Both the position numbers and the translations under genes were made by a program. Positions 25,501 to 38,711 of a DNA stretch of 64,000 nt are shown piece by piece; the stretch's first letter is position 1; every line of letters begins with the position of its first letter. Under the pieces are notes generated by a model. That model was given only the letters and a program-made list of their open reading frames with translations. It searched no databases and had not been told where the DNA came from. The stretch is from Octopus vulgaris. Taxonomy: Eukaryota. The DNA is taken from NCBI GenBank assembly GCA_951406725.2, contig OX597819.1, positions 124,496,001 to 124,560,000 of the forward strand. The letters run 5' to 3'.

Positions 25501-26214
25501 GGCGGCGCTGGCAACGGCCACGTTCGGATGGTACTTTTTATGTGCTACCGGCACAGAAGCCATGAAAAGAAATATCAGTTTTAATGATAATTCTTGTCAA
25601 ATCAAAGGAGATAGTCTTGAAATTAAAATTGATTAAAAGTTGAATGTATGGATGGGTGAGCATGCGGTGGGAAGGAGTTTGATACTTAGTAAGTATGGTC
25701 AACTCAACAGATTTGTTCCAGTCTTATTAGAACTCCTCTACACCAGTTTATCTGGGTTTACAATGATTGTAGAAATATATAGAATTTTAGGGGAAAAAAA
25801 CAATTTAAAATAATAACACTAGAAACCTTCTCAAGAACCTATAGTTATGTGAGGTCTAACATACTTAATCAATGTACTGAATAAATTTATTCTGTATATT
25901 GCCTCCGTTCATCTACTTACTAGGAATAGGGACTAAATCATCTGAAAATATTACCTGGTCTCTGGGAGATTCAGGACATAGCAGTGATGATGAGAGACAA
26001 GGACCGCTGGAGAGAACTCCTCCATAGACCTCGGGAATTTTACCTGCCCTAGATAGATACTACCTGCGATAGATTGGCATCATATACAAGAGGAAATTTA
26101 TCTTGCCCACTTTGTGCTTTGAAAGTAGGACTAAGCGGTAGCTAAAGAGCACTCCCATCACCAACTCAAGCTAAATACATATCATTATTAGCTCACAGAT
26201 TGAGCACCTCAAGC

Positions 26215-26577
26215 ACGCGGTTGGAGGATCACGGTTTCAATTCCCAAACCGGGCGTTGTGTGTGTTTATTGAGCAAAAACACCTAAAGCTCCACGAGGAT
26301 CCGGCAGGGGGTGGTTGCAACCCCTGTTGTACTCTTTCGCTCCAACTTTCTCTCACTCTTTCTTCCTGTTTCTTGTCCCCGACTTCCTACGCAACCGCTG
26401 AGCCTGGATGAACATTCATCCATCCATCGATGCTCTCGGTGTCGGGGGTTGACCTACTTTCTCTTCTGCGGGTCTTACGAATAGCAAAGGACCACGTTTC
26501 GGACTTCTCCCACTACAGAGGCGCAATCTTGCGAGCTCTGGGATGAAGACCGCTTCGCTCAACAAACAAACAAACAA
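26215..26577 (+). mobile_element. SINE family C, tail type 1 ending in (CAAA)n
   Basis: Matches 9698-10035 and 59113-59495. Confidence 0.85.
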
Positions 26578-27662
26578 GCACCTCAAGCACATTAGTTGGT
26601 ATATTGATTTGGGTCAAATTTGAATGTACTAGCTATGGCCCATCCAGTTCTTATATGTTGCTATAATGTTTAAGATTTGAAACATATGGTTGTATCTTTA
26701 AGTTTGGTAAGAATTTCATTGAAGGAAATCTGACTTATTTGCTTGTGTTGCAAATTTGGTTGAAACTACAGATGTAGTTCTTGCTTGAGTACTGAATGAT
26801 ATTCTTTGGTTTGGGTGTGATCTACATTTTCCAGGCTCCAATGTCTCATCCTCTTTCTCTTAATCTCTTTTAGAGTTCATGCCTGTAAGTGGATTGACTG
26901 TTAAAAATTTCCTTTATATTTATGCTGACAATTTTCATGCTAGACTTTCACACATTCTTATACTCTAGCCGTTGGCAGCCAATTGTTCTGTAACCATCCT
27001 TTGGGTTTTTTTTACTATCATTGAATTTTATCCTATTACAGTCACCATTGAAGTCTGTCTTTTAGATTTATAAAATTAATATTTCGAGTGGGTGGATTAG
27101 ATAAATAGTCAGATGTGAAGTTAAGCTAAAAGTAAAGTTTGCGAGTTCTGTTGCAACTTATGTTACTGTGTTTCATGACCATCCAACTTCTCTTTCGGAT
27201 ATATGATTTACTGACAGTATATATATAATCAATTCAAAGATGTTAGATCCACATTAGGGATTATGTAATCCCGAAAATTCCACTGGTTAATCACTGCCAT
27301 ATAAGGAGAAAATCTCGAAAATATGTTAGGGATTATTGTCATCATCATTATCATTTAACATCTGCTTTCCATGCTAGCATGGGTTGGATGATTTGACTGA
27401 GGTCTGGCGAACCAGACTCCAAGCTGATCTGGCAGAGTTTCTACAGCTTGATGCCCTTCCTAATGCCAACCACTCCGAGAGTGTAGTGGGTGCTTTTATG
27501 TGCCACCAGCACAAGGGCCAGTTTGGTGGTACTGGCAATGGCCATGCCCAAATGGTGCTTTTTATGTGCCACCTGCACAGGAGCCAGCCCAGCGGCACTG
27601 GCGACGACCTCGCTCGAATGTTTCACGTGCCACCATTGAAAGAAAGAAAATGGAGAAATATG

Positions 27663-28060
27663 GATGTATGAATAATTTATTTGTTTGCTATTAAGATGTT
27701 GAAATTTTTTATACTAACAATAGAAATAAATTATAAGTTGTACAGCTCAAAAAGAAATGGCAGATGTGAAAAACCTACATACATGTTTCAGCTCATTCCC
27801 CTAGTTGATACGTAATTCTAAGCATTTGGTTAGAATGCAGATTCTAAGCATATACTAAGAATTTGGTTATATGTTAAGAATTATGTTCCTAGCGTGTAAC
27901 AAAATACTTAGAATTAAGTATCAACTAAGGGGCATCAACTGAAACATATATGTAGGCTGTTCACATCTGCCATTTCTTTTTGAGCTTTACAAATAATTTG
28001 TATTGTTATCATAAAAAAATTCCACATCTTTATTTCATACAAATAAATTATTCATACATC
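27663..28060. mobile_element. Diverged foldback element or MITE with ~165 bp inverted arms
   Basis: GATGTATGAATAATTTATTTG... versus ...CAAATAAATTATTCATACATC. Confidence 0.75.
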
Positions 28061-29564
28061 AAATTCGATGACTAGCGTCCGTGCTAGCGGGGTACAAAGA
28101 GCACCATACAAGTGTGATTGTTGACAGAGTGGCTAACTGGCTTCCATGCCAGTGGCACTTAAAAGGCACCATTCGAGCGTGATCATTACCAGTGTCACCT
28201 TACTGGCACTCGAGCCCTGTGCTAGTAGGGTGCCAAGAGCAACATCCGAGCATGATCGTTGCCAGAGTAGCCAACTGGCTCCATGCTGGTGGCACGTAAA
28301 AGGGTACCATTCGAGTGTGATCGTTATCAACGTCGCCTTACTGGCACCTGTGCTGGTGGCATGTGTAAAAAGATTCGATTGAGGTCATTGCCAGTACCGC
28401 CTGACTGGCCCCCATGCCGGTGGCATGTAAAAAGCACCCACTACACTTTCGGAGTGGTTGACGTTAGGAAGGGCAACCAACTGTAGAAACTCTGCCAAAT
28501 CAAAATTGGAGCCTGGTGCAGCCATCTGGTTCGCCAGTCCTCAGTCAAAATCGTCCAACCCATGCCAGCATGGAAAGTGGACATTAAACGATGATGATGA
28601 TATATATATATATATATATAGGCGCAGGAGTGGCTGTGTGGTAAGTAGCTTGCTTACCAACCACATGGTTCTGGGTTCAGTCCCACTGTGTGGCATCTTG
28701 GGCAAGTGTCTTCTGCTATAGCCGACCAATGCCTTGTGAGTGGATTTGGTAGACGGAAACTGAAAGAAGCCTGTCGTATATATGTATATATATATGTATG
28801 TGTGTGTATGTCTGTGTGTCTGTGTTTGTCCCCCTAGCATTGCTTGACAACCGATGTTGGTGTGTTTACGTCCCCGTCACTTAGTGGTTCGGCAAAAGAG
28901 ACCGATAGAATAAGTACTGGGCTTACAAAGAATAAGTCCCGGGGTCGAGTTGCTCGACTAAAGGCAGTGCTCCAGCATGGCCGCAGTCAAATGACTGAAA
29001 CAAGTAAAAGAGTAAAAGAGTAAAGAGTATGATGTCTAAGTACAGTTAAGTGTGTCTGTCTGCTTAATGATAAAAGTATAAATGTTATTGTTCATGTGAT
29101 AAATAACTTCTCTAACAACTCTTTGTAATTGGCAACATGATTAATTAAACACCACTGAATTTATTGTTAAAATTGTTTTTCATATCTCTATTTCAACTGA
29201 TTTTCATTATTGTCTCTCACATGGTTTGTGTAACCCACTGATCTTTCATAACTTTGCTCATTGGCTTTGTACATTTTTTTTGTCTAGCTTCTGCATTCCA
29301 CAGCATTGTGTTTTAAATATAATAATAGATTACAAAGGAGAGCTGCTCTCCCACGTTTGCATTCTTGACTCAGTTTGTCATGACTACATTAATATAACTG
29401 ATAATGGTGCATGTGTTTTGGGTGAAGTGCTAAAATATGATGGTCACACATTTTCAATAAAGTGAGTCCACAAGTTAAAAAGTGTGGTTCTGTATGGCTG
29501 CTAGACTTGCAAGACTTGCTAGAAATAGCAGCAACATCTCTCATATTACACCCTACTGTTTTAA

Positions 29565-29789
29565 CCCTTTAGCATTTAAACCGGCCATATCCGGCCAAAA
29601 GTATTCTGCCTGTTTTATGTTCAAACTGGCCAGATCTGGTCTCTCACACCAACCCTACAATATCATTTAAAAAATCAACAGCTACCTCATCAAAATCTCA
29701 TAGCTACAAACAAGATAATGCATGATTAGTTGAAAACAAAGTGGATGAAGAAGCATTAATTTTGGCAGAATAATGTGAACACTAAAGGG
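29565..29789. mobile_element. piggyBac-like MITE
   Basis: TTAA|CCCTTTAG ... CTAAAGGG|CTAA (TTAA TSD with one change). Confidence 0.7.
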
Positions 29790-31894
29790 CTAAATATGTA
29801 AATATGGGATGGTTGCAACTGGAAAGGCTTTCATCAAAGGACTGACCATTTCAAGACTGACTTAGGAACAATCGACAACAAACTCTGCCCACGGAATGAC
29901 TTTCATTTCTGTTTTTTTTTTCTTGTTTTTTAAATTGTTTTCCAGTCAGGAGGGGTAGCGCCTATGACATTTGCATCTCACCTTAGACAGGTGAAAGTGA
30001 TGAAGTAGATATTCAATTTGAATCACAGCAGGTTGATGTCATTAGCGAAAACCATTTTAATACTGGACACAGAAAATATGATTCTAGATGTCCTGGTGAT
30101 GGAAGAAAAAAGAAAAAAAAAAAAAGAAATGAGCCAACCCCAAACAAATTATTATGGTTTGAATGTCTACAATCAAATTTTGCTGAAATACAGTTAATAG
30201 GGAGCTAAGCAAGAATAATGCTAACAGAGAGAGAGTTATAGACAGTTGCCATTCTGGGGTTAAAGATTTGATTGAAGCATCTGATGCAGTTTTAGGTTGG
30301 ATAAAAGGATGACAAAAGAATATTTGTTAGTTCAGAAGTGAAGAAACTATTATGGATATTTCGGGATCAGTAAAAATAGATGGAGAATACAAAGGGATCA
30401 ATAACAAAAGATAGAGAATATAGTGGAATTGGTAGGCACGTAAAAAGCACCATCCGTCCGTGGCCGTTTGCCAGCTCCGTCTGGCACCTGTGCGGGTGGC
30501 ACGTAAAAAGCACCCACTACACTCGCGGAGTGGTTGGCGTTAGGAAGGGCATCCAGCCGTAGAAACACTGCCAGATCAAGACTGGGCCTGATGCAGCCTT
30601 CTGGCTTCCCAGACCCTAGTTGAACCGTCCAACCCATGCTAGCATGGAAAGCGGACGTTAAACGATGATGGTGATGATGATGATGATGTGTGATTTAGTG
30701 ATCATAGATGGAGGATATAGGGGCTGGTGGATGCAAACTGATCACTAACAACAGGTAGAGAATATAAAGGGATCAGTAACAATAGATGAAGGATATAGGG
30801 CTTTACTAACAGAACTCAAAGGCACATCAGACTTAATGGAATATAGCTTTGAGAGGTTACTGTGGATACATGCTGTCATAGAACAATCTGATAAGAAACA
30901 TCCAAGAGAAGACGCAATAGATCAGGGGAGCTCTTATATGGGAAATTTTGCTGCCATGTTCTCATACTTGATCTGTCTAAAGGCATTACTGATATCAAGG
31001 GTCAACATCACATACGGAAATTATCAGGGATATGAGACGGATGTATGAAGAACTGGAAACTGTATTGGAGGTTGCTGTGGAAGGAAGTTTCCCACATCAT
31101 CAGAGAACAACAAAAAATAAAAAATAAAAGTGTCTGTGTGGTAAGTTGCTTGCTTACGAGCCACATGGTTCCAGGTTCAGTCCCACTGCGTGGCACCTTG
31201 GGCAAATGTCTTCTACTATAGCCTCAGGCTGACCAAAGCCTTCTGAGTGGATTTGATAAACGGAAACTGAAAGAAGCCCGTCGTATATATGTATATATAT
31301 GTATGTGTGTGTTTGTCCCCCCAACATTGCTTGACAACCGATGCTGATGTGTTTACGTCCCCGTAACTTAGCAGTTCGGTAAAAGGAGCCCGATAGAATA
31401 AGTACTAGGCTTACAATGAATAAGTCCTGGGGTCGATTTGCTCGACTAAAAGGCGGTGCTCCAGCATGGCCGCAGTCAAATGACTGAAACAAGTAAAAGA
31501 GTAAAGAGTAAGAGAGAGTTTCATTTTCTCTCTCATATGGCATAAATATAGTTTATGAACCGACTGGTGCATCTATGCATATACAAGGAAAAGCTAATTT
31601 TATGTATGTGGTGGTGTAGTTCCATAATGACAGTCAAATGGTTTTGATGTTTACCAAAACATTTGCTTCACTCTCTTCCAAAAGAATATGAAATGCCAAA
31701 AATATAATAACAGATCTATCCTCCTGTACTATTTAGGTTTATATGCTATTACTAGAGATGGCAAGATTAGTTGGTTGAGCTATTGCACCTGTTTTTTTAG
31801 AATTTTAACATATTCAGGTGCTATATATCCCCTAAATACATACATTTTACTTGTGAGCTAGAATTGAACATATGCATGCACATACGTGCACACA

Positions 31895-31945
<51 letters not shown>

Positions 31946-33829
31946 TCAAACACACACACACATACACACACACACACACACACACATTCAAACACACACA
32001 CACTGTTGTTTTTGTTTTTGTTTTTAGGTTCATGGGTTTAGACATGATGTTGGTAGAGTAAGTGCTGGCATTACTTTGGTGTCAGACTGCAGCATAATGT
32101 ATTCATCGACATCAGTTCCTTGCATAGGTTACCATTCATGGTAGGTTGGGATGTTGGCATGAGTCAGTGTCCATCCATCCATCCGTCTGTCCGTCCGTCT
32201 GTCTGTCCGTCAGTCTGTCAGTCAATCAATCAGCACAGGTAAGGCTGTATGGATATGGTGTTCACTTTGTAACCTTGTAGCTTCAGGCCCTGTGCCACTA
32301 TATGGCACAGCCGTGTAATGGCATAGGGCACAATGTGAGTGAAGTTGGTCGATGGAAATAATATAGAAGCTCATTGTATGTATGTGTCTATGCAAAGAAG
32401 GTACCAGATTTTCTGATATGGTCCAGTTAAGGTTATTACCCATTGAGTGTTCCATAGATATGAATTCCTAATTTGAAACTTAAATTCAAAATAAAATCTA
32501 GTCCCTCTTTCCTATTTTGATTTTTATTTAAACAGAAAATATATGAAATGTTCATTTACTTCATTTGAAAATGTACTGAGATCTACAATATTTTTCTTTA
32601 AAGCAAATGGGAGCATTGCTGTTTTAGAATTTATTTTTTATCACTAGAAAAAAACTTGGTAAGGGTTAAAAGTATATCAGAAGCATATTGTGTAATAGGA
32701 GAACTTTATTCAGCTTTGATAGTCTGAAATAATTGGAAGACATCATCGTTTGTACATGAACAGCAGTCTGTTGCTCTGCAAGCTAATAGTAAAACACATT
32801 TCAGTTAGTTATTTGGTATTCGGTAACTAAGGCTGAGTTTTGCTAATGGTAAAAATATGCTCTGAATAAGAAGAACTGAGAGGCTTGAAAAGTAACAAGG
32901 ACCGAAGTCAACCAAAGAAGGAGGCTGTACACATTCCTCAACTGCCAAAATTTCCTTCAAAGATCCTACCATCTTGAAAAGAAAAACACTGAAATAATGT
33001 GGTCATAGATACACTACGTTGAAATAAGTATGGGTTGGTCACAGTTGGAATGTCTTTGATTATAGGGCTTATTCATTGCTGATTTGAGGTTAAACAAAGG
33101 CAGCAATGCATTTTCAATTAAAACAATTTACTCGGTCATTTGTACTCTCATAACAATTCCTAAGTAAATGGTAAAACAAAAGAAGGAGATTTATTCATTA
33201 TACTATTCTGAGTGCATGACCAAAGTAAAGAAAGCAGCTCTCAAAGCCTGTAGTAGGAACAATTAAATGTTCATGAAACTATCAAAATCTTCTCTTTTTT
33301 TGTTTGTTATATATTTTGCATTCTTACTACTTTTACTCAAAAACAGATAAATATGATAAAAAAGAAGAAAAATAATTAGGACTTCACCATTAATTGCCTC
33401 TGTTTTCCATCATGTAGAAATAGAGTATCAAGGTAGTTGTCTAGAGGCTCAGATAGTTGAATTGGCACACATTACTATGTTTAAGATATTTATCTGTTCA
33501 CATAGAAGCTAAATGAAAAAGAGCAATCTGTGATGTATTATCAGCATTCTGAGAATTTTCCTGGTTTTTGCTTCTGTTGTGTTCCTTACCTGTCTACTTC
33601 CAGATTGTTTCACTTGTATTCCCTACCACTCTACCTGTTTTTAAATTTTCTTGAATAAGAAAGGAGTGGCTGTGTGGTAAGTAGCTTGCTTACCAACCAC
33701 ATGGTTCCGGGTTCAGTCCCACTGCGTGACATCTTGGGCAAGTGTCTTCTGCTATAGCCCTGGGCCGACCAATGCCTTGTGAGTGGATTTGGTAGACGGA
33801 AACTGAAAGAAGCCTGTGTCGTATATATG

Positions 33830-33872
<43 letters not shown>

Positions 33873-34301
33873 GTGTGTATGTGTTTGCGTGTCTGTGTTT
33901 GTCTCCTTAGCATTGCTTGACAACTGATGCTGGTGTGTTTACGTCCCCGTCACTTAGCGGTTCGGCAAAAGAGACCGATAGAATAAGTACAGGGCTTACA
34001 AAGAATAAGTCCCGGTGTCGATTTGCTCGACTAAAGGCGGTGCTCCAGCATGGCTGCAGTCAAATGACTGAAACAAGTAAAAGAGTAAAAGGAGTAAAGA
34101 GAGTAAGAATCACTAGACAGTCGACATGACACTATATAGTTTTAAATATCATGTTTGTTAATACACATTTACCCAGTCTCTCTCTCCTCTTTTTTTCTCT
34201 AACACACATCACAACTTGCTACTATATACATATATACACAAATACAATGCACTTGCAACAGTATGTACACACAGGATAGTCACATAGACACATAGAAATT
34301 G

Positions 34302-34940
34302 TCGGTGGCACGTAAAAAGCACCATCCAAACGTGGCCGATGCCAGCGCCGCCTTGACTGGCTTCTGTGCCAGCGGAATATAAAATGCACCATCCGAATGT
34401 GACCGATGCCAGCGCCGCCTTGACTGGCTTCCGTGCCAGGGGCATGTAAAAAGCACCAATCCGATCATGGCCGTTGCCAGCCTCGCCTGGCACCTGTGCC
34501 GGTGGCACGTAAAAAGCACCATCCGAACGTGGCCAATGCCAGCGCCGCTTTGACTGGCTTCCGTGCCGGTGGCTTGTAAAAAGCACCAATCCGATCATGG
34601 CCATTGCCAGCCTCGCCTGGCACCTGTGCCGGTGGCATGTAAAAAGCACCATCCGAATGTGGCCGATGCCAGCGCCGCCTTGACTGGCTTCCGTCCCGGT
34701 GGCATGTAAAAAGCACCAATCCGATTGTGGTCGTTGCCAGCCTCGCCTGGCACCTGTGCCGGTGGCATGTAAAAAGCACCCACTACACTCTTGGAGTGGT
34801 TGGCGTTAGGAAGGGCATCCAGCTGTAGAAACTCTGCCAAATCAGACTGGAGCCTGGTGCAGCCATCTGGCTTCCCAGGTCCCCCGTTGAATCGTCCAAC
34901 CCATGCTAGCATGGAGGACGGACGTTAAATGATGATGATG
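34302..34940 (+). mobile_element. RTE 3'UTR copy with an expanded 8-unit repeat-spacer array
   Basis: Eight GTGCCGGTGGCAYGTAAAAAGCACC-like units, then the standard tail. Confidence 0.88.
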
Positions 34941-36559
34941 AACATATACATGTATATGAATCATTAAGCCCATATGAAGTAGAACACTGATATCTGTTGA
35001 GATTTTTGTTAAGCAAAATATTACTAAGAAAAATGTTACTATGAATGACAAAATGGTTACTAGTGTGTTAACTGGAAGTTGTGTCAGATTCATTTCCCAT
35101 AACACTTTATATAAGAAGAAACTATCCTCCCCCTTTTTTTCTTTTCCACAATCATCTAATTAATGGCATCAATTGACACAATGATGATGGAAATTACTGT
35201 AGAGACATTGCTATCAAGTGAGCAACATTTTCCTGTTTAGATCACTTTGTTGCTTAGTCATTCACTAATGACATGCTTAATTTTTCCTCTGTTCTACTTG
35301 ACCAGAGTTGTCCTTTTTATATATTCTTAACCACGAGTAGTAAGCCGTGTCAAGGGGATCGTTATTAGACACACTAACTGCCTTTATTAATATTTCCGGT
35401 TGAGATGAACGACAACAAAGCATTCTGCTTGGAATATATTAACATAGAATATAGGTAAAAAATACTTTTGCTGTAGATGTTAGCTGCTTAAACATACAGC
35501 TAGCTTGTTTAAGACAATGGAAATCTCTATAACTTTGCCGAATGGTCCATTTGTGGTGTTCTGCTGTTGTCTTTTGATGTAAGATATCTCATATGAAATG
35601 TTTATCTCAGCTGGAAACTTTTAAGAAAGATTAAACCCAAACATTGGGAACAATATGTGAGTTGTTAAATATATTTTTTTTTAATGTTTTTGACCTTATT
35701 TAGGTTTGCGTGGACATAAAAACTCTTCAGAGATAAATTATATATAGTTAGAAGCTAATGTTTTAATCTTCAATTGTACAACTGATATCAGCCAAGTTAT
35801 TTTGCTCCTTGATAGACACTAATTTTTGAATACAGTAGTTCTTTATTTTCATATTCAGTGCACATGGAGGTAATTAAGTCTTCTATAATTCCTTTTTGTT
35901 TTGGGTATAAATACCCTTTTTGCTTTGGGTATAATAAAAATAAAACACATAACAACAAAATTTTTTGTTGCTCTGCTTATTAGTTATAAGTACTTTAGTA
36001 AAGAGAAGCAGCTGTATGATACTAATAACTGCCAGTGTAATCGTATTGATGATAGTATGTTTATATAAGCTGCAGGTATTCTTTTCATGAATCATAATTG
36101 ATAAGAGATAAATGAGTGATGGAACAGCCTGTCATGTTGGAATGAGTAACCTAAGATACAACATTGTATTACTCAGAACTTCCTGTTGCACATTGACTAA
36201 CCTAGCAAACTCTGCAGTGTACTTTACAATGGAGAGACAGGCCGACACCTTTCTGGTTGCCCTCAGGAACATATTTCAGGCATCCTGCTAAGTATGCTTG
36301 GCCAACCTGTCCTGCCCACTTCAACACACTACAGGCTATTCCAGGAGGAATTACAACCATGTTTCGTAGTAGCAGACCACAACAGCTCCTTTACAGGATC
36401 CAGTTAGCTCAAGACATCATCAGGAGGAACCACGTCTGGTTTTGGCCCCTACTCCTCTACCGTTTTGACGTGGCGGCCCCCCCCCCTACTTTCGGAGGTG
36501 TCTTCAGCTCTGGTGTTGGGTGCATGTCTTCTTTCTTCTTTCACACCTATCAGTGTGTG

Positions 36560-36905
36560 GCATGGAGTCACATTTACAAAATCAGAAAACAGCACAGCTC
36601 CCATGACTTCAGGAAACATTTTTTCACGCTGAGAGTTGCTGAAGCGTGGAACAAACTGCCGGCATCAGTTGTTAGTTGTCGGAGCACTGCATCCTTCAAA
36701 ACTTCCATGTTTCCTGAGATTCGCCAACACTACACCTGATTTTCTCCCCTCCATACACACACAAGCATGTATCTGACTCATACATTGTTTGCTTTCCAAA
36801 CATTTTTACATTACTGCATATACTCTATACGCACTTTCTGACAAGTTGTGGTGCACCTGAGCACTGTATATAATAATTTCATTATTATTATTATTATTAT
36901 TTATT
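36560..36905 (+). mobile_element. 3' end of the CR1-like LINE with (ATT)n tail
   Basis: YKIRKQHSSHDFRKHFFTLRVAEAWNKLP; close to 12840-13092. Confidence 0.9.
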
Positions 36906-37179
36906 CTTAAGTAAACAGATGGAGCAACATTTCATATTTGAACTTGGCACCCTATCACCATATGTATAAATGAACGGCTTTTCCTTTTACTTGTACACCT
37001 CCTTTAATTCCTGAAACCATTTCTCATCTTTCATCTCCCTTCTCTTTTGAACTTTTCTTTTCATGTCACTTGATTTTGCCTGCTTTTCTTCATTCCATTA
37101 TTCTTTCCTTCTGGCATTGTTTCTCTTCTTGTTCACATAAGAAGCTCATGTGGTCTTGCAGCCCTTATCAATTATAGCC

Positions 37180-37492
37180 TATTTCTTTACTACCCACAAG
37201 GGGCTAAACACGGAAGAGACAAACAAGGACAGACAGACGGATTAAGCCGATTATATCTACCCCAGTGCGTTACTGGTACTTAATTTATCGACCCCGAAAG
37301 GATGAAAGGCAAAGTCGACCTCGGCGGAATTTGAACTCAGAACGTAACGGCAGACGAAATGCCGTTAAACATTTTGCCCGGCATGCTAACGATTCTGCCA
37401 GCTCGCCACCTTTTCTGCCAGCTCGCCACCTTTTCTGCCAGCTCGCCACCTTTTCTGCCAGCTCGCCACCTTTTCTGCCAGCTCGCCACCTT
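37180..37492 (-). mobile_element. SINE family B with five tandem copies of its first 20 nt; TSD CCTTATCAATTATAGCC
   Basis: (TTCTGCCAGCTCGCCACCTT)x5 at 37393-37492; TSD at 37163-37179 and 37489-37505. Confidence 0.9.
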
Positions 37493-37657
37493 ATCAATTA
37501 TAGCCAGCTACTTTTAACTTAGGGATGTAAAACTCTGCTGCCTCTTATTAATTTCTCTCCTTTCTACTTTACCCCTGAAGAAGGACTGTGTGGAATGTTG
37601 GATTTTCCACTCCTCATGGCAAGTTCACTGCACACTTTTTATCAATTTTATACTATA

Positions 37658-38037
37658 CTAGCACTATGACCCAGCAATGCCAGGTCATAGTGCTAGTGCA
37701 TGCATATACAGCTGCGTGCGTGTGCACATACACGCGAGTACTGTCCAAATCTCCGACCAATCACATACAGCTAGCTGGCATTCAATTGGCGTATCAAGTT
37801 TCGGGCATTTTGACTGGGTTTTGGATAGAAAATTCACAAAAAAGTCACTTCTTTTGATTTTTTAATAGCTTTGTGGGGTGACTGGGGAAATGTAAAGATG
37901 TGCACGACCACCCTTGGACGGTTTTGAATGACCATAGAAAGTGCGAGCCCTCTAACTGAAAAATTATGGATTTGTATAAAGGACACACACACACACACTC
38001 GCACGCACACATTTTGCCATTTATATATATAGAGAGA
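37658..38037 (-). mobile_element. Non-autonomous Helitron
   Basis: Minus strand A|TC...hairpin-CTAG|T, internal (TG)n, no TSD; second copy at 48731-49130. Confidence 0.8.
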
Positions 38038-38305
38038 TTTATATTTGTATGGAAAGAAATTGTCCTTTCCTAGGGATAAATTTTCCAAGCATATACCAGT
38101 TTAACTCTATACCAATTAATGATATTGGAAGTTCTATAGAAGTCAATTTGCTTTGAGGTTTTTTTCTTTCAACTTCAAAATGCACTTTAAATGAACAACT
38201 TTGAATGGAGCAACAAACTGAAACGCCATGAAGGCAATATCAATTGATTATGATAATTAATAAATAAATTGATTATCCTATGTGTATATTCTCCATTTTA
38301 CTTTA

Positions 38306-38363
<58 letters not shown>

Positions 38364-38455
38364 ACTTGATAGATTGCCTTCACCATGGCTTTGTTAAACA
38401 CAGGAGCTCCATCCACTCCTTATCTGTTTATACAAACACACACACATATATAATA

Positions 38456-38504
<49 letters not shown>

Positions 38505-38512
<8 letters not shown>

Positions 38513-38690
38513 TTCTCTCTCCTTTTTTTCTCTCCTTGTTTCTCTCCTTGTTTTTTCTATGTCCCTTTCTGTAGAAGAGCGTAGGCTCGAAACGTAAAAG
38601 ACTTTTCTATTCCTGAGAGTTATACTAATACATCTGTTTGTTTTGTACACCACCTCTCTTCGTCTTTTGTTTTTTTCGTAACTCTCCCTA
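38505..38690 (+). mobile_element. Penelope-type pLTR remnant in (TA)n with a variant hammerhead-like motif (38561-38602)
   Basis: CTTT-CTGTAGA-a-GAGC gtag GCTC-GAAACGTA-AAAG; the downstream part recurs inverted at 40250-40347. Confidence 0.55.
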
Positions 38691-38711
38691 TATATATATA
38701 TATATATATAT

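Noticed and set aside
29988-30208. Open frame TGESDEVDIQFESQQ...GRKKKKKKRNE after an AG acceptor-like site
   Set aside because: No recognisable homology, runs through a poly-A tract and has no convincing donor; cannot be supported without RNA data
34302-34780. CRISPR array
   Set aside because: Spacers repeat (A/B) and are mutually similar, there are no cas genes, and the context is a eukaryotic LINE UTR
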